A stretch of DNA of 64,000 bases from NCBI GenBank assembly GCA_016868315.1, contig VGHE01000008.1:25888-89887 (forward strand), written 5' to 3'. This DNA is from Betaproteobacteria bacterium (GTDB taxonomy: Bacteria > Bdellovibrionota_B > Oligoflexia > Silvanigrellales > Silvanigrellaceae). The notes under the pieces were generated by a model. It did not search any database and was not told the origin of the DNA. It saw only the letters and a program-made list of their open reading frames with translations. Numbering within the stretch: the stretch's first letter is position 1; each line of letters begins with the position of its first letter. Positions 30,131 to 38,624 of this stretch are shown here, in pieces. The position numbers and the translations under genes are program-made.

Positions 30131-31006
30131 GTGAACGGGTACCTGATCCAATTCAAAACTAAAGAATTGTATCGAAGAGCAAGTTCTTATCTTGCTGCAA
30201 TTTTGCTCTCATCAGCTTTTTCGCCTGCCCATTCTGCGCAGCCCGAAAAAACAAAGACCGAATCGGAACTCCACCTCGGCATTTCCGAAGCCGCCTTTAA
30301 CGCGATTGCTCGCCAAGTAGGCCTCGCTCACGCAGAAATCCAGAGAACTGATGTCTACTTCGATGTCCATGAAGACCGGAAATTTCAACTCAGGCGAAAT
30401 CTCCCACAGGCAAAATTAAGAATTCAAATGCGAGAAAGCGAACTGGTTCTGCAAAAGTCTTGGGTGCAATTGCAGCAGGAATTTTCTGTCTCGAAATATA
30501 CCTGGCTTGCAACCACAAGAACCTCTTCAAATTTAAAACAGCGCTACTCAGGCGAAACCGGAGACCGGGTTCGCTTTTCACTTCCCTTCCTGCTTAGCCT
30601 TGTTCAGCAAAACACCGTGACATCCGAACAAAAAAGACTCTTGCAGGAAACCTGGAGCGGAGTTTCTTGGCCCAAATTGAATGAATTCGACAGCGCAACC
30701 AAAACAGTGCACAAGAACTGGATTCCTGCAGCAGTTGTGCACAAAGAGCGTTGGACAATAAAAATTCCAAGTCAAAACGACACCCATGTAGTTCTACAAC
30801 TTGGAAGAGACAGCGATGCACTCGGCCAAGGTAAACCAGTGTCCTTTGAGATTGAGTCGGAGCTTAAAAACTCATCCGAGGAAGAAATAAGAGAAGTTGC
30901 AAGTTCAGCCACACTTTGGCTGGAATCACTCGGCATAGAGGCAAATGAAACAACTGCTCGATCTTCGCATGATTTTTTCACGCGCCTCGAGACTATCTAC
31001 CGCTGA
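30131..31006 (+). CDS. Exported protein with weak CYTH (triphosphate tunnel)-like features
   Basis: Signal peptide 'LAAILLSSAFSPAHSA'. 'ESELHLGI' resembles the ExExK motif, with 'TDVYFDV' and 'KLRIQMRE' also CYTH-like. GTG start. Confidence 0.3.
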   Translation: MNGYLIQFKTKELYRRASSYLAAILLSSAFSPAHSAQPEKTKTESELHLGISEAAFNAIARQVGLAHAEIQRTDVYFDVHEDRKFQLRRNLPQAKLRIQMRESELVLQKSWVQLQQEFSVSKYTWLATTRTSSNLKQRYSGETGDRVRFSLPFLLSLVQQNTVTSEQKRLLQETWSGVSWPKLNEFDSATKTVHKNWIPAAVVHKERWTIKIPSQNDTHVVLQLGRDSDALGQGKPVSFEIESELKNSSEEEIREVASSATLWLESLGIEANETTARSSHDFFTRLETIYR

Positions 31007-31039
31007 ATGCGTCTCATGGATTGATCTGCCCCAATCTCT

Positions 31040-31057
31040 TCTTCACAATTTTGTCAT
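31040..31057 (+). promoter_or_regulatory. Candidate Pho box upstream of the second PstS-like gene
   Basis: TCTTCAC-aatt-TTGTCAT is two 7-mers at 11-bp phasing, about 115 nt upstream of ATG 31171. Confidence 0.25.
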
Positions 31058-31170
31058 CAATGGTGGAAGAACACTTGCGTGTGAAACGATTGTGTCAGGC
31101 TTGATTGCTTCCGGGATCAATCGTTAAGAGCTCCGTGTCCTCGAGACAGGACATTTTCAGGAGGTCTATT

Positions 31171-31992
31171 ATGCGTATTGTATCTGCACTTATTCTCTCT
31201 GCTGTCAGCGCAACTGCCGCTGCTGCTCCGTTCACATTCAAAGGTTCCGACACACTCGCCGGCATGATGACCGACGCCATCCAGGCTTCGGGTCTTCAAG
31301 ATGAAATTCAGTATGTTGGCGGCGGCTCAGGCAAAGGCGAAGAGGCCATTGTTGCTGGTCAGCAAGGCATTGCACCCCTGTCGCGCGAACTGAAGAAAGA
31401 CGCTGCAGCCAAGGCCGCAGCTGCAGGCATTGAACTTGTTGCTCACCCTATTGCTCTCGATGGCCTCGGCGTGTTTGTGAATCGCCCGAACGCAATCTCA
31501 AAGCTTAGCCTTCCACAACTCAAGGCTATCTTCACTTGCGAAATCACTGATTGGTCGAAGCTCCCTGGCTCTGGAAAAACAGGCGCCATTGAAGCATTCC
31601 GCCGCGACGACAACTCCGGAACAACCGACACCTTCAAATCTATTGTTGGCATCAAGGCTTTCGGCGCATGCGTGACCGTGATGGCTGAAACTGCAGATAT
31701 CGCGAGCGAAACTGCAAGCAATCCAAACGCAATTGGTTACGCGGGATTGTCTGCCAGCCGCGAAGGGAACCGCACTGTAAGCATCTCGAAGACCGACGAT
31801 GCAGGCGCATACCAGCCCACCGTGCACAACGTGCGTGTAAAGCTGTATCCACTCTCTCGTACTCTCTTTGTATACGAAGCGAAGGGAAGCTACTCGCTGA
31901 ACACAGCCGAATCCAAACTGCTGCCCCAAATTACCGACCGTTCGTTCATGGATCCTATCGTTCAACAAAACGACTTCATCACGTTGGACTAA
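31171..31992 (+). CDS. PstS-family (PBP-like 2) periplasmic binding protein
   Basis: CAGGAGG lies 6 nt upstream of ATG 31171. Signal 'MRIVSALILSAVSATAAAAP' is followed by 'FKGSDTLAGMM', 'YVGGGSGKGEEAI' and 'RDDNSGTTDTF'. Confidence 0.7.
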   Translation: MRIVSALILSAVSATAAAAPFTFKGSDTLAGMMTDAIQASGLQDEIQYVGGGSGKGEEAIVAGQQGIAPLSRELKKDAAAKAAAAGIELVAHPIALDGLGVFVNRPNAISKLSLPQLKAIFTCEITDWSKLPGSGKTGAIEAFRRDDNSGTTDTFKSIVGIKAFGACVTVMAETADIASETASNPNAIGYAGLSASREGNRTVSISKTDDAGAYQPTVHNVRVKLYPLSRTLFVYEAKGSYSLNTAESKLLPQITDRSFMDPIVQQNDFITLD

Positions 31993-31998
31993 TTGCCC

Positions 31999-34701
31999 AT
32001 GAAACAGCAGCTGCATTTCCTCCTCGGACTCATCGCGGTTGTAACCCTATCCGGCTGTGATCGCCCCATGGCGCCACGGCCGGATGAGGTCGTTCTGGCA
32101 ACTCCCTTTCCAGGGGCGACACCGAGCGGTATCAATCCAAATTCTCCGAACCTGACCACGCCCACGGAATGTGCCGAACCCAAAACTTCGGCGCTTCTGC
32201 CGCCCATTGTTGAAAACCAAAATACTGTTGCCCCAAGCATGACGTTCGACGAACTCAAGCGAGAGATCGATGCAGCTTGTGCAAGTTGTCACCTTGCACC
32301 GGCCTCAAAGACAGGTGGTTTTTGGTATGTTTCAGCGCATGGTCAGGCCGAAGTCCGTTCAAACGGACAAAAGGTTGTGGTCGGAGGAATTGCAGACCTG
32401 GCTGAAACATTTAATCGCGTGCTGGCCAACAACCGCATGCCGCCAGAGAACATGCGCCGTGCAGCACCTCAAAAGTACGAACGCCTGCAGGCTGCAATTG
32501 AGGATTGGGTTGCATCTGGAAAGACAACTGGGCGCTTTACCCTGCGTGATGACTCTGCAGGCTCCGGAGCAGCTCAGAGAAAAATGCAATCGGATCTGGG
32601 CAGCTGTATTCCGCGTGCCGACCAAATGGGCACAGATCCCGAACGCGATGAACTTTTCCTGAACGCAACGCAATTACCCGCAAAACTCTCGGAAACAGAC
32701 CTATTCACGCTCGATAGCCTCGTTCTTGCGCGCAAAGGTACTCTTTCATACAACGTTGAGTACCCGCTGTGGGCCGACAATGCCGAAAAAGGGCGTTACG
32801 TGCACTTCCCGGCCGTATGGAATGAAACGGAGCAGCAGTGGAAGACATCGGGTGCGGTTTACAACGCAACAACAGGTCAGCTCGACGTTCCGCCCAACAC
32901 GCGCTTCTATAAAACCTTCTACAAAGCACTGAAATCAAGGAATGGTGAAACCGTATTTCGAAAAATCGAAACACGCATCATTGTTGTGCGCAAAGCGCCG
33001 CAGCAACCATTACACGGTTCCTACAAATGGAACGAAAACGAATCCGAGGCCATTCTTGTTACGACTCCTTACCGCGATGGTACCGCTTGGAAAGATGACA
33101 TCTTCCGCGTGACGGTGGATGAGAACACCGGCAAAACCAGAAAATATGTGATTCCTGGCCGCCAACGCTGCGAGGAGTGTCATAAGGGAGGTCAAGACTT
33201 TGTGCTTGGATTCACTCCCCTCCAGCTCAACAGGCGCCCGTTTGGTGCAGCAGGCCGCGACCGCGATATCGGTGCAGATGAAATAACTCAAGTTCAACGC
33301 TTTATTGATGCAGGTATACTCAAAAATATTCCAGCTGCCGATGAACTCCCATCACTCGAGAAGTCGGGACCACGTGAATCCCGGAATATTCATGAGACTC
33401 GCTTGCAGGGATACATGGTTGGAAATTGTGCGCACTGTCACAACCCAAATGGCTTTGCCATGAAAGACAACAAGGTCACACTGGATTTGAGAGAAGGGCA
33501 AATCTTTGATTTCGACACACGACGAATCACAAAAGACTCTGCAAGAAGCAGCCCAAAGTACTTTGCCAAGCCGGGCGACCTAAACCAGAGTCAGCTTTAC
33601 CTCCGAGTTGCAGCCACAAAAATTGGCGATGGCGGACGCTATCTGCCAATGCCCATGCACACTCCGGGTGACGCAAACTGCAAACTCTTGAACCTCACAG
33701 CCAAATGGATTTACTCGCTCTCGCCAGATGCTGCAGTGGCTGCGAAGGCAGACACCGAACCGGTTGCATGCGAACCCAACGATGATTACCACTGGATAGA
33801 TTTGGATTTGACCTGGCCATCGGAAAAGAATTTTGTGCCACGCCGGGGCGACTGGAAAGATCCCGTGAATGGAATGCCAGAGATGTATCATCGGCTCGAG
33901 CAAGATTCACGGCTCACCAAGATTCTCAGAACACCTGTTGCGGTTGATTTTTGGGAGCGCGTGCCTGGGGGCTCGGGCAAGCCCGAACCTAAATGCGATT
34001 TTCCGAACAAACCGCAACCACGCAAACCAGTGGCATGGATGCTCGACAGCAGCGGTAACATGAAGCAGCCTGCAGGCGAGCTCTACAATGTCACGCCTGG
34101 TGCCCATTTCTACAACACCACGTGTGCCAAATGCCATGGCAACATTGCAGATGGAAAATCGGGACTCGCAACGAATCTTCTCACACTTTCCGGTGGTTCA
34201 ATACGTGTTGCCAACCTTAAAGATGGCTTATTTGGCGCAGGCAACTCAAAGCTCTTCGATGTGGAAGAACGACGTGGAAGAACGAAGAACCTTATGGGGC
34301 AATACATGATCTGGATGGCGATGGAAGGCACTCGGGTCACATTTCCACCAGAAATGGAGCCATATGTGGGTCGCCATAAAGCGCAAATGCTGAATCAATT
34401 GCGCGAACGTTGCAAAAACTTCATTGCAACTGCGCCGCAAAAAGCGACCGAGCGCATGAAAGATTATCTTGCGTTTAAAGATGTGTGTTTCTTCAACAAT
34501 GGCAAACCAACCGACAGACAGCTGCAATACGATCCCAACACAGATCAGCCGCTGAACCCAGCCGCACTGGATGCATGGGCGAATCGAGCCGCAATTAACA
34601 CGGGCTGGGCTATTTATGAGTATTTAAAAACAGAAGGAGCTGCCGGAAAGTGGCAGCCCCCAAAGAACGAATGCGAAAAGGTCTATCCAGTTCGAAATTA
34701 G
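31999..34701 (+). CDS. Large lipoprotein with four c-type haem-binding motifs
   Basis: 'MKQQLHFLLGLIAVVTLSGC' carries a lipobox. In-frame CXXCH codons sit at 32278 (CASCH), 33169 (CEECH), 33427 (CAHCH) and 34123 (CAKCH). The start is 6 nt after the PstS-like stop. Confidence 0.7.
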   Translation: MKQQLHFLLGLIAVVTLSGCDRPMAPRPDEVVLATPFPGATPSGINPNSPNLTTPTECAEPKTSALLPPIVENQNTVAPSMTFDELKREIDAACASCHLAPASKTGGFWYVSAHGQAEVRSNGQKVVVGGIADLAETFNRVLANNRMPPENMRRAAPQKYERLQAAIEDWVASGKTTGRFTLRDDSAGSGAAQRKMQSDLGSCIPRADQMGTDPERDELFLNATQLPAKLSETDLFTLDSLVLARKGTLSYNVEYPLWADNAEKGRYVHFPAVWNETEQQWKTSGAVYNATTGQLDVPPNTRFYKTFYKALKSRNGETVFRKIETRIIVVRKAPQQPLHGSYKWNENESEAILVTTPYRDGTAWKDDIFRVTVDENTGKTRKYVIPGRQRCEECHKGGQDFVLGFTPLQLNRRPFGAAGRDRDIGADEITQVQRFIDAGILKNIPAADELPSLEKSGPRESRNIHETRLQGYMVGNCAHCHNPNGFAMKDNKVTLDLREGQIFDFDTRRITKDSARSSPKYFAKPGDLNQSQLYLRVAATKIGDGGRYLPMPMHTPGDANCKLLNLTAKWIYSLSPDAAVAAKADTEPVACEPNDDYHWIDLDLTWPSEKNFVPRRGDWKDPVNGMPEMYHRLEQDSRLTKILRTPVAVDFWERVPGGSGKPEPKCDFPNKPQPRKPVAWMLDSSGNMKQPAGELYNVTPGAHFYNTTCAKCHGNIADGKSGLATNLLTLSGGSIRVANLKDGLFGAGNSKLFDVEERRGRTKNLMGQYMIWMAMEGTRVTFPPEMEPYVGRHKAQMLNQLRERCKNFIATAPQKATERMKDYLAFKDVCFFNNGKPTDRQLQYDPNTDQPLNPAALDAWANRAAINTGWAIYEYLKTEGAAGKWQPPKNECEKVYPVRN

Positions 34702-35270
34702 TTTAATGGGCGAACCGAACAGCCCATGAACGCTTCCGAAAGGTCGAGTTCAATGCTTGGATCTTTATAGGCCAACGAAGCGTTCAAGGCCTTGCCACCC
34801 TCTCCATCATCTTGAACCTGCATATCGAGATCGTAGATCTTTCGGGCTTTGTCGTTCACGGCAGCATAGCCTTCGATATCAAACTTCTTCCCTTCGAGAT
34901 CCAATTCCAGCTCAAGAAGTTTACCCTTCAATTCATGTGCAAAGACCTGGTGCTTCTGAAAATCAGGGCTCACCTCGTTGGGGAACTCATTTGGATTATC
35001 TTTGTTTCGGTACGCAGAAACTTTGAGCGAATCAACTTTGCCTTCAACAAAGGTGACACTGGTTTTAACCAAAGTCTTCGCATCGGCAGTTGTCCCGGAA
35101 CAGCTCAATAAACCGCTACCCTTCTTCAGAGCCTGCACTTTTCCCTCTAGTGTGAAGGCTGCTTTTTCGTCGCCCTTTGAATTCTTCTTGCCACTCAGAC
35201 TCGATTCCTTAGGCTGACAAGCACCAAGAGCAACAACACCAAGCAGAACGAGAAAACTTTTATTCAACAT
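34698..35270 (-). CDS. Hypothetical lipoprotein
   Basis: 'MLNKSFLVLLGVVALGAC' carries a lipobox. Its stop overlaps the convergent gene's stop. Confidence 0.6.
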   Translation of the reverse strand: MLNKSFLVLLGVVALGACQPKESSLSGKKNSKGDEKAAFTLEGKVQALKKGSGLLSCSGTTADAKTLVKTSVTFVEGKVDSLKVSAYRNKDNPNEFPNEVSPDFQKHQVFAHELKGKLLELELDLEGKKFDIEGYAAVNDKARKIYDLDMQVQDDGEGGKALNASLAYKDPSIELDLSEAFMGCSVRPLN

Positions 35271-35323
35271 GTGGAACCTTCAAAAAAATAAAACAATCGC
35301 ACACCAAAAAAATTGAACTCACT

Positions 35324-35950
35324 TCAATCAGAGAAATCATCCGACTGACCATTGCCCAAAAACACAGAGCACCGGCTCCGCTCATCATCCAAGATGCATT
35401 CAAGAATCATTCGGTTGTCTGAGGAAGTGAATCGCTTGTAGAGCGAACCTTGCAAATCCCATTCCTTAACATTCATTGTGGAATAGAGCCGCTTGGCATC
35501 CTCCACGCGCCGCAGCTGAAACATGTGTTCATTGGTTGTTGTATCTGAGGTCACAAAGTTCTCTGAGGCCAACGGCTTGAGATTGATAGATACTGTGCAA
35601 TCCTTGGACACCGGAAGACCTGCAGATGAAACGCATTCCACCGCAAGATCTTTTCCAAATTCCAGAACTGACTTCTTCACGGCCGGAGCAGGTACAGGCT
35701 GAATGGATGGGCCTTCGAGAGCTTTAGAGAGGCGAGTTGAATCTGCAGTCGTGAGCCGCACGAGGATTTCTTCTGAATCAACGATCACAGCGGTTTCAGT
35801 GGCCAACGCGGCGTCCGTGTTGCGAGAATTGAGTCCCGATTTCTGGATGTTGCAACCAAAAGTCGCCATCGCCAAAGGAAAGACAGAAGCCATCAAAACC
35901 ATCGAGCTTTTGCTCTGCGTGGGTCTGCTGTTCGAACGTGTGCATTTCAT
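35324..35950 (-). CDS. Hypothetical lipoprotein
   Basis: ATG at 35950 is preceded by GGAGGTG 4 nt upstream. 'MKCTRSNSRPTQSKSSMVLMASVFPLAMATFGC' ends in a lipobox. This start lies 155 nt inside the 3' end of the upstream ORF. Confidence 0.55.
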   Translation of the reverse strand: MKCTRSNSRPTQSKSSMVLMASVFPLAMATFGCNIQKSGLNSRNTDAALATETAVIVDSEEILVRLTTADSTRLSKALEGPSIQPVPAPAVKKSVLEFGKDLAVECVSSAGLPVSKDCTVSINLKPLASENFVTSDTTTNEHMFQLRRVEDAKRLYSTMNVKEWDLQGSLYKRFTSSDNRMILECILDDERSRCSVFLGNGQSDDFSD

Positions 35951-38624
35951 AAGGCACCTCCGCTCGGTACTCAGCAGGAACCATGCCAAGGTCAGAAAGC
36001 ATACGCCCCATGATGAGCTCGGGTCGGTAGGCTTTTGAACGTAGGAACGCCTGGTCGCGTAGTTGAGCATATGCCGTAGGTTCTGCGGCGAAGAGTGCCA
36101 CAGCACCTATGAAGTCTTCCTTTTCGCGCGCCAGGAATCCACTCACTCCGTGGTCAATGATGTCAGCTGGGCCCTTGACCGCATAAGCACACACGGGCAA
36201 CCCGCAGCTCATTGCCTCTAAAACCACACAGCCGAAGGTATCGAATGTGGAGGGCAGCAAGAGAAGATCTGCACGGTTGTAAAGTTCACAAAGGCTTTCT
36301 TGAGGCTGCCATCCGAGAAAAATGGCATCTGGAAGGAGAGACCGCAATTTCTCTTCCGCGGGTCCGGTACCAGCAAAAACCAAGCGAACATTCTGATTTG
36401 CTTGGCGCGCAGCCTCGTAAACCTCTGGGAGCTGGAAGACACCCTTTTCTTCACTGAGGCGCCCTGCATACAAGAGTACAACATCATCCTTGCGCAAGCC
36501 TGCAATTGCAGACTTACGAAGTTGCGTATGACGTTTGAAATTTTCGGAAGCCCAGTGCGCCGTTTGATAGACGCGTGGCAACTGAAAGCTCTCGCTCGTG
36601 AACAGCTGCTTCTGCTCGGAATTCAGAACAAACAAACCATCGAACTGAGAATAGAGAGCACGCATCAACCTCCGGACACGATCCTGGTTAACAGCGCGGA
36701 GTGCGTCGTTCTGCTGAGCAAACGCAAGCCAATCTGTATGCACATAAAAATAGACTGGCAATTTGAGCGCATGCTTAAAGTACAGTGCGGCCGCAGCCAT
36801 TGGCCCCTCTGTTGAGCAAACAATTGCACTATAGCCACCGCTCTCCACAATATTTTGCATCTCTGCGAGATTGGGAATGCGGAAAGGTTGTTGGGGGTAA
36901 AACGAGAGTTTGAATGTCGACAAAGGTTTCACCACTCTCAGATTGGCATCCGACTCCAGTGATTCGTGAGACACAAGAAAATCAATTGGGAGGTTGTTTG
37001 CCGCAGCAAACTTTCGAGTGAGCTGCAATATGCTCGAAACACCATTCTTATCTGCAAATGTATCGCTGAGCCAAAGAATTCTTTGCGGAGCGCGCATGTG
37101 TGGGAAGCGCTTGGCAAGCGTATCACTGAATTCGCGTTTACCATGCAAAACTCTTCCGGTCGCGAACATCGAACCCGCCACCAGCGTGGAGGCAAGAAAT
37201 GGAAAAGAAAGGCCATCGAAAAATTCACCAATAGAGGGAAGCGACATCTTACGTCCCAAGCGCGAGTTAGCTCTCTCCGATGGATTCACCAAAGTTCGAA
37301 GCACACTGGGAAGTTCAAGTTTTTCAACTAGGTCATTGACGTTTGTAAAATCTGAAAGTGATGAGCTATCGAGACACGCAATTTTAGATTCGATTCTCCG
37401 ACTCAGTTTCCCAGCAAACTGTGTAAAAAGCTCCTCTGCAATTGGGATTTCAAGGTGACCCACTCCTTCGTCTGATGCCTTCACCAATTTCTCAACGACC
37501 TTCAAGAGCTCGGGCTGGTATCGCCTCAGGAGAAATCGCGTGACCATACTGGGTGGAATTCCACGCACGGCATCGTGGAAAGTCTTCACAAATCGCATCG
37601 TATAGCGGTGCCGACGTGCTTCATGAATGGCGTTACTTATGAGGAGTGCTGAAACCTTCTGCCAAGGAGTTCCCTTGTGAAGGAGAATTCGCCCCAAACC
37701 TGGATCCTTAAGATGAAGAACAAGTCCCGAAAAATAGTCGAGCAACGCGAGGTTCAACTTGCGGCCGTCATTCCATTCACCAAAGGGAGCAGCCTGGCCG
37801 TGCCTCAGAGCAGACAATGCCAACTCACTGGACTTCATTTGTGAACGCTGAACTTCTGTCAGATGATCCACCCCGAGGATTGTACCCGTGCGGCCAGCAA
37901 AAACTCCAAAGTGGTCATCTGAACCACCCACACCCACCTTCTTCCAGGGATTCGAACAAAAGGTTGAGGCCGAGAAATCAAATCTCTTTTCGAGCTTTTC
38001 AAGATGCTCTTGGTTAAAGGAGTTTAGCCACTCCCAGGTGAGCAAAGATGAACCCGTATCACGTTGGCCGTTCATGACCTCAAAATGACTGAACAGCAAA
38101 AAGACTTTCTCGTATTTTTCCAGGTCGGGAAGCCCATGCGGAGCATAAAAGTCGAGCGGATGCGCAAGAACCGTTGGAATTTCATTTTCTGAAGTAAATT
38201 CCAAAAACTCGTAAATATTTCTGCGCAAGACCTTGAGTTTCTCTTCCTGATGCGGATTGAAACCATAGGTCAGAACATGAACGCCGACATCAAGATCGGG
38301 AATGTGACAGGAGAATTCGGCACCGGGAAGAATATCAACTCCCTTATCCATGAGCTCCCAACAGCTACGCGCATTGTTGTGATTCGTAATGGTTGTGGCC
38401 GACATCCCAGCTTTCTTGAGCGTGGAAAGAAGCCTTTCTGTGGGTAACCATGTTTCAGGTACGCCTAAGATTCTTCCAAGCGCCTCATCGGGAACATTGC
38501 TGTTGTGATCATGGCAATGCAGGTCGATGCGCAGTTGATGGCTGCCAACCTGACTCTGCGCACGCTCGAAGCGAAACTTGAGATCATCCTTGAGCCAACC
38601 CTGAAAATCAAACTGCGCTTTCAT
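35796..38624 (-). CDS. Fusion protein: N-terminal PHP-domain phosphoesterase plus C-terminal GT4 (GT-B) glycosyltransferase
   Basis: PHP motifs 'IDLHCHDHNS', 'TNHN', 'LAHP' and 'GGSDDH' lie in the first ~260 aa. GT4 motifs 'RLSEEKGV' and 'LLLPSTFDTFGCVVLEAMSCGLPV' lie in the last ~400 aa. Confidence 0.75.
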   Translation of the reverse strand: MKAQFDFQGWLKDDLKFRFERAQSQVGSHQLRIDLHCHDHNSNVPDEALGRILGVPETWLPTERLLSTLKKAGMSATTITNHNNARSCWELMDKGVDILPGAEFSCHIPDLDVGVHVLTYGFNPHQEEKLKVLRRNIYEFLEFTSENEIPTVLAHPLDFYAPHGLPDLEKYEKVFLLFSHFEVMNGQRDTGSSLLTWEWLNSFNQEHLEKLEKRFDFSASTFCSNPWKKVGVGGSDDHFGVFAGRTGTILGVDHLTEVQRSQMKSSELALSALRHGQAAPFGEWNDGRKLNLALLDYFSGLVLHLKDPGLGRILLHKGTPWQKVSALLISNAIHEARRHRYTMRFVKTFHDAVRGIPPSMVTRFLLRRYQPELLKVVEKLVKASDEGVGHLEIPIAEELFTQFAGKLSRRIESKIACLDSSSLSDFTNVNDLVEKLELPSVLRTLVNPSERANSRLGRKMSLPSIGEFFDGLSFPFLASTLVAGSMFATGRVLHGKREFSDTLAKRFPHMRAPQRILWLSDTFADKNGVSSILQLTRKFAAANNLPIDFLVSHESLESDANLRVVKPLSTFKLSFYPQQPFRIPNLAEMQNIVESGGYSAIVCSTEGPMAAAALYFKHALKLPVYFYVHTDWLAFAQQNDALRAVNQDRVRRLMRALYSQFDGLFVLNSEQKQLFTSESFQLPRVYQTAHWASENFKRHTQLRKSAIAGLRKDDVVLLYAGRLSEEKGVFQLPEVYEAARQANQNVRLVFAGTGPAEEKLRSLLPDAIFLGWQPQESLCELYNRADLLLLPSTFDTFGCVVLEAMSCGLPVCAYAVKGPADIIDHGVSGFLAREKEDFIGAVALFAAEPTAYAQLRDQAFLRSKAYRPELIMGRMLSDLGMVPAEYRAEVPYEMHTFEQQTHAEQKLDGFDGFCLSFGDGDFWLQHPEIGTQFSQHGRRVGH

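Noticed and set aside
37935-37950. 'ggattcgaac' strings (also at ~4160) resembling a tRNA T-arm
   Set aside because: Both are inside well-supported CDSs. The flanks give no acceptor stem or anticodon arm. I found no tRNA or rRNA anywhere in the window.
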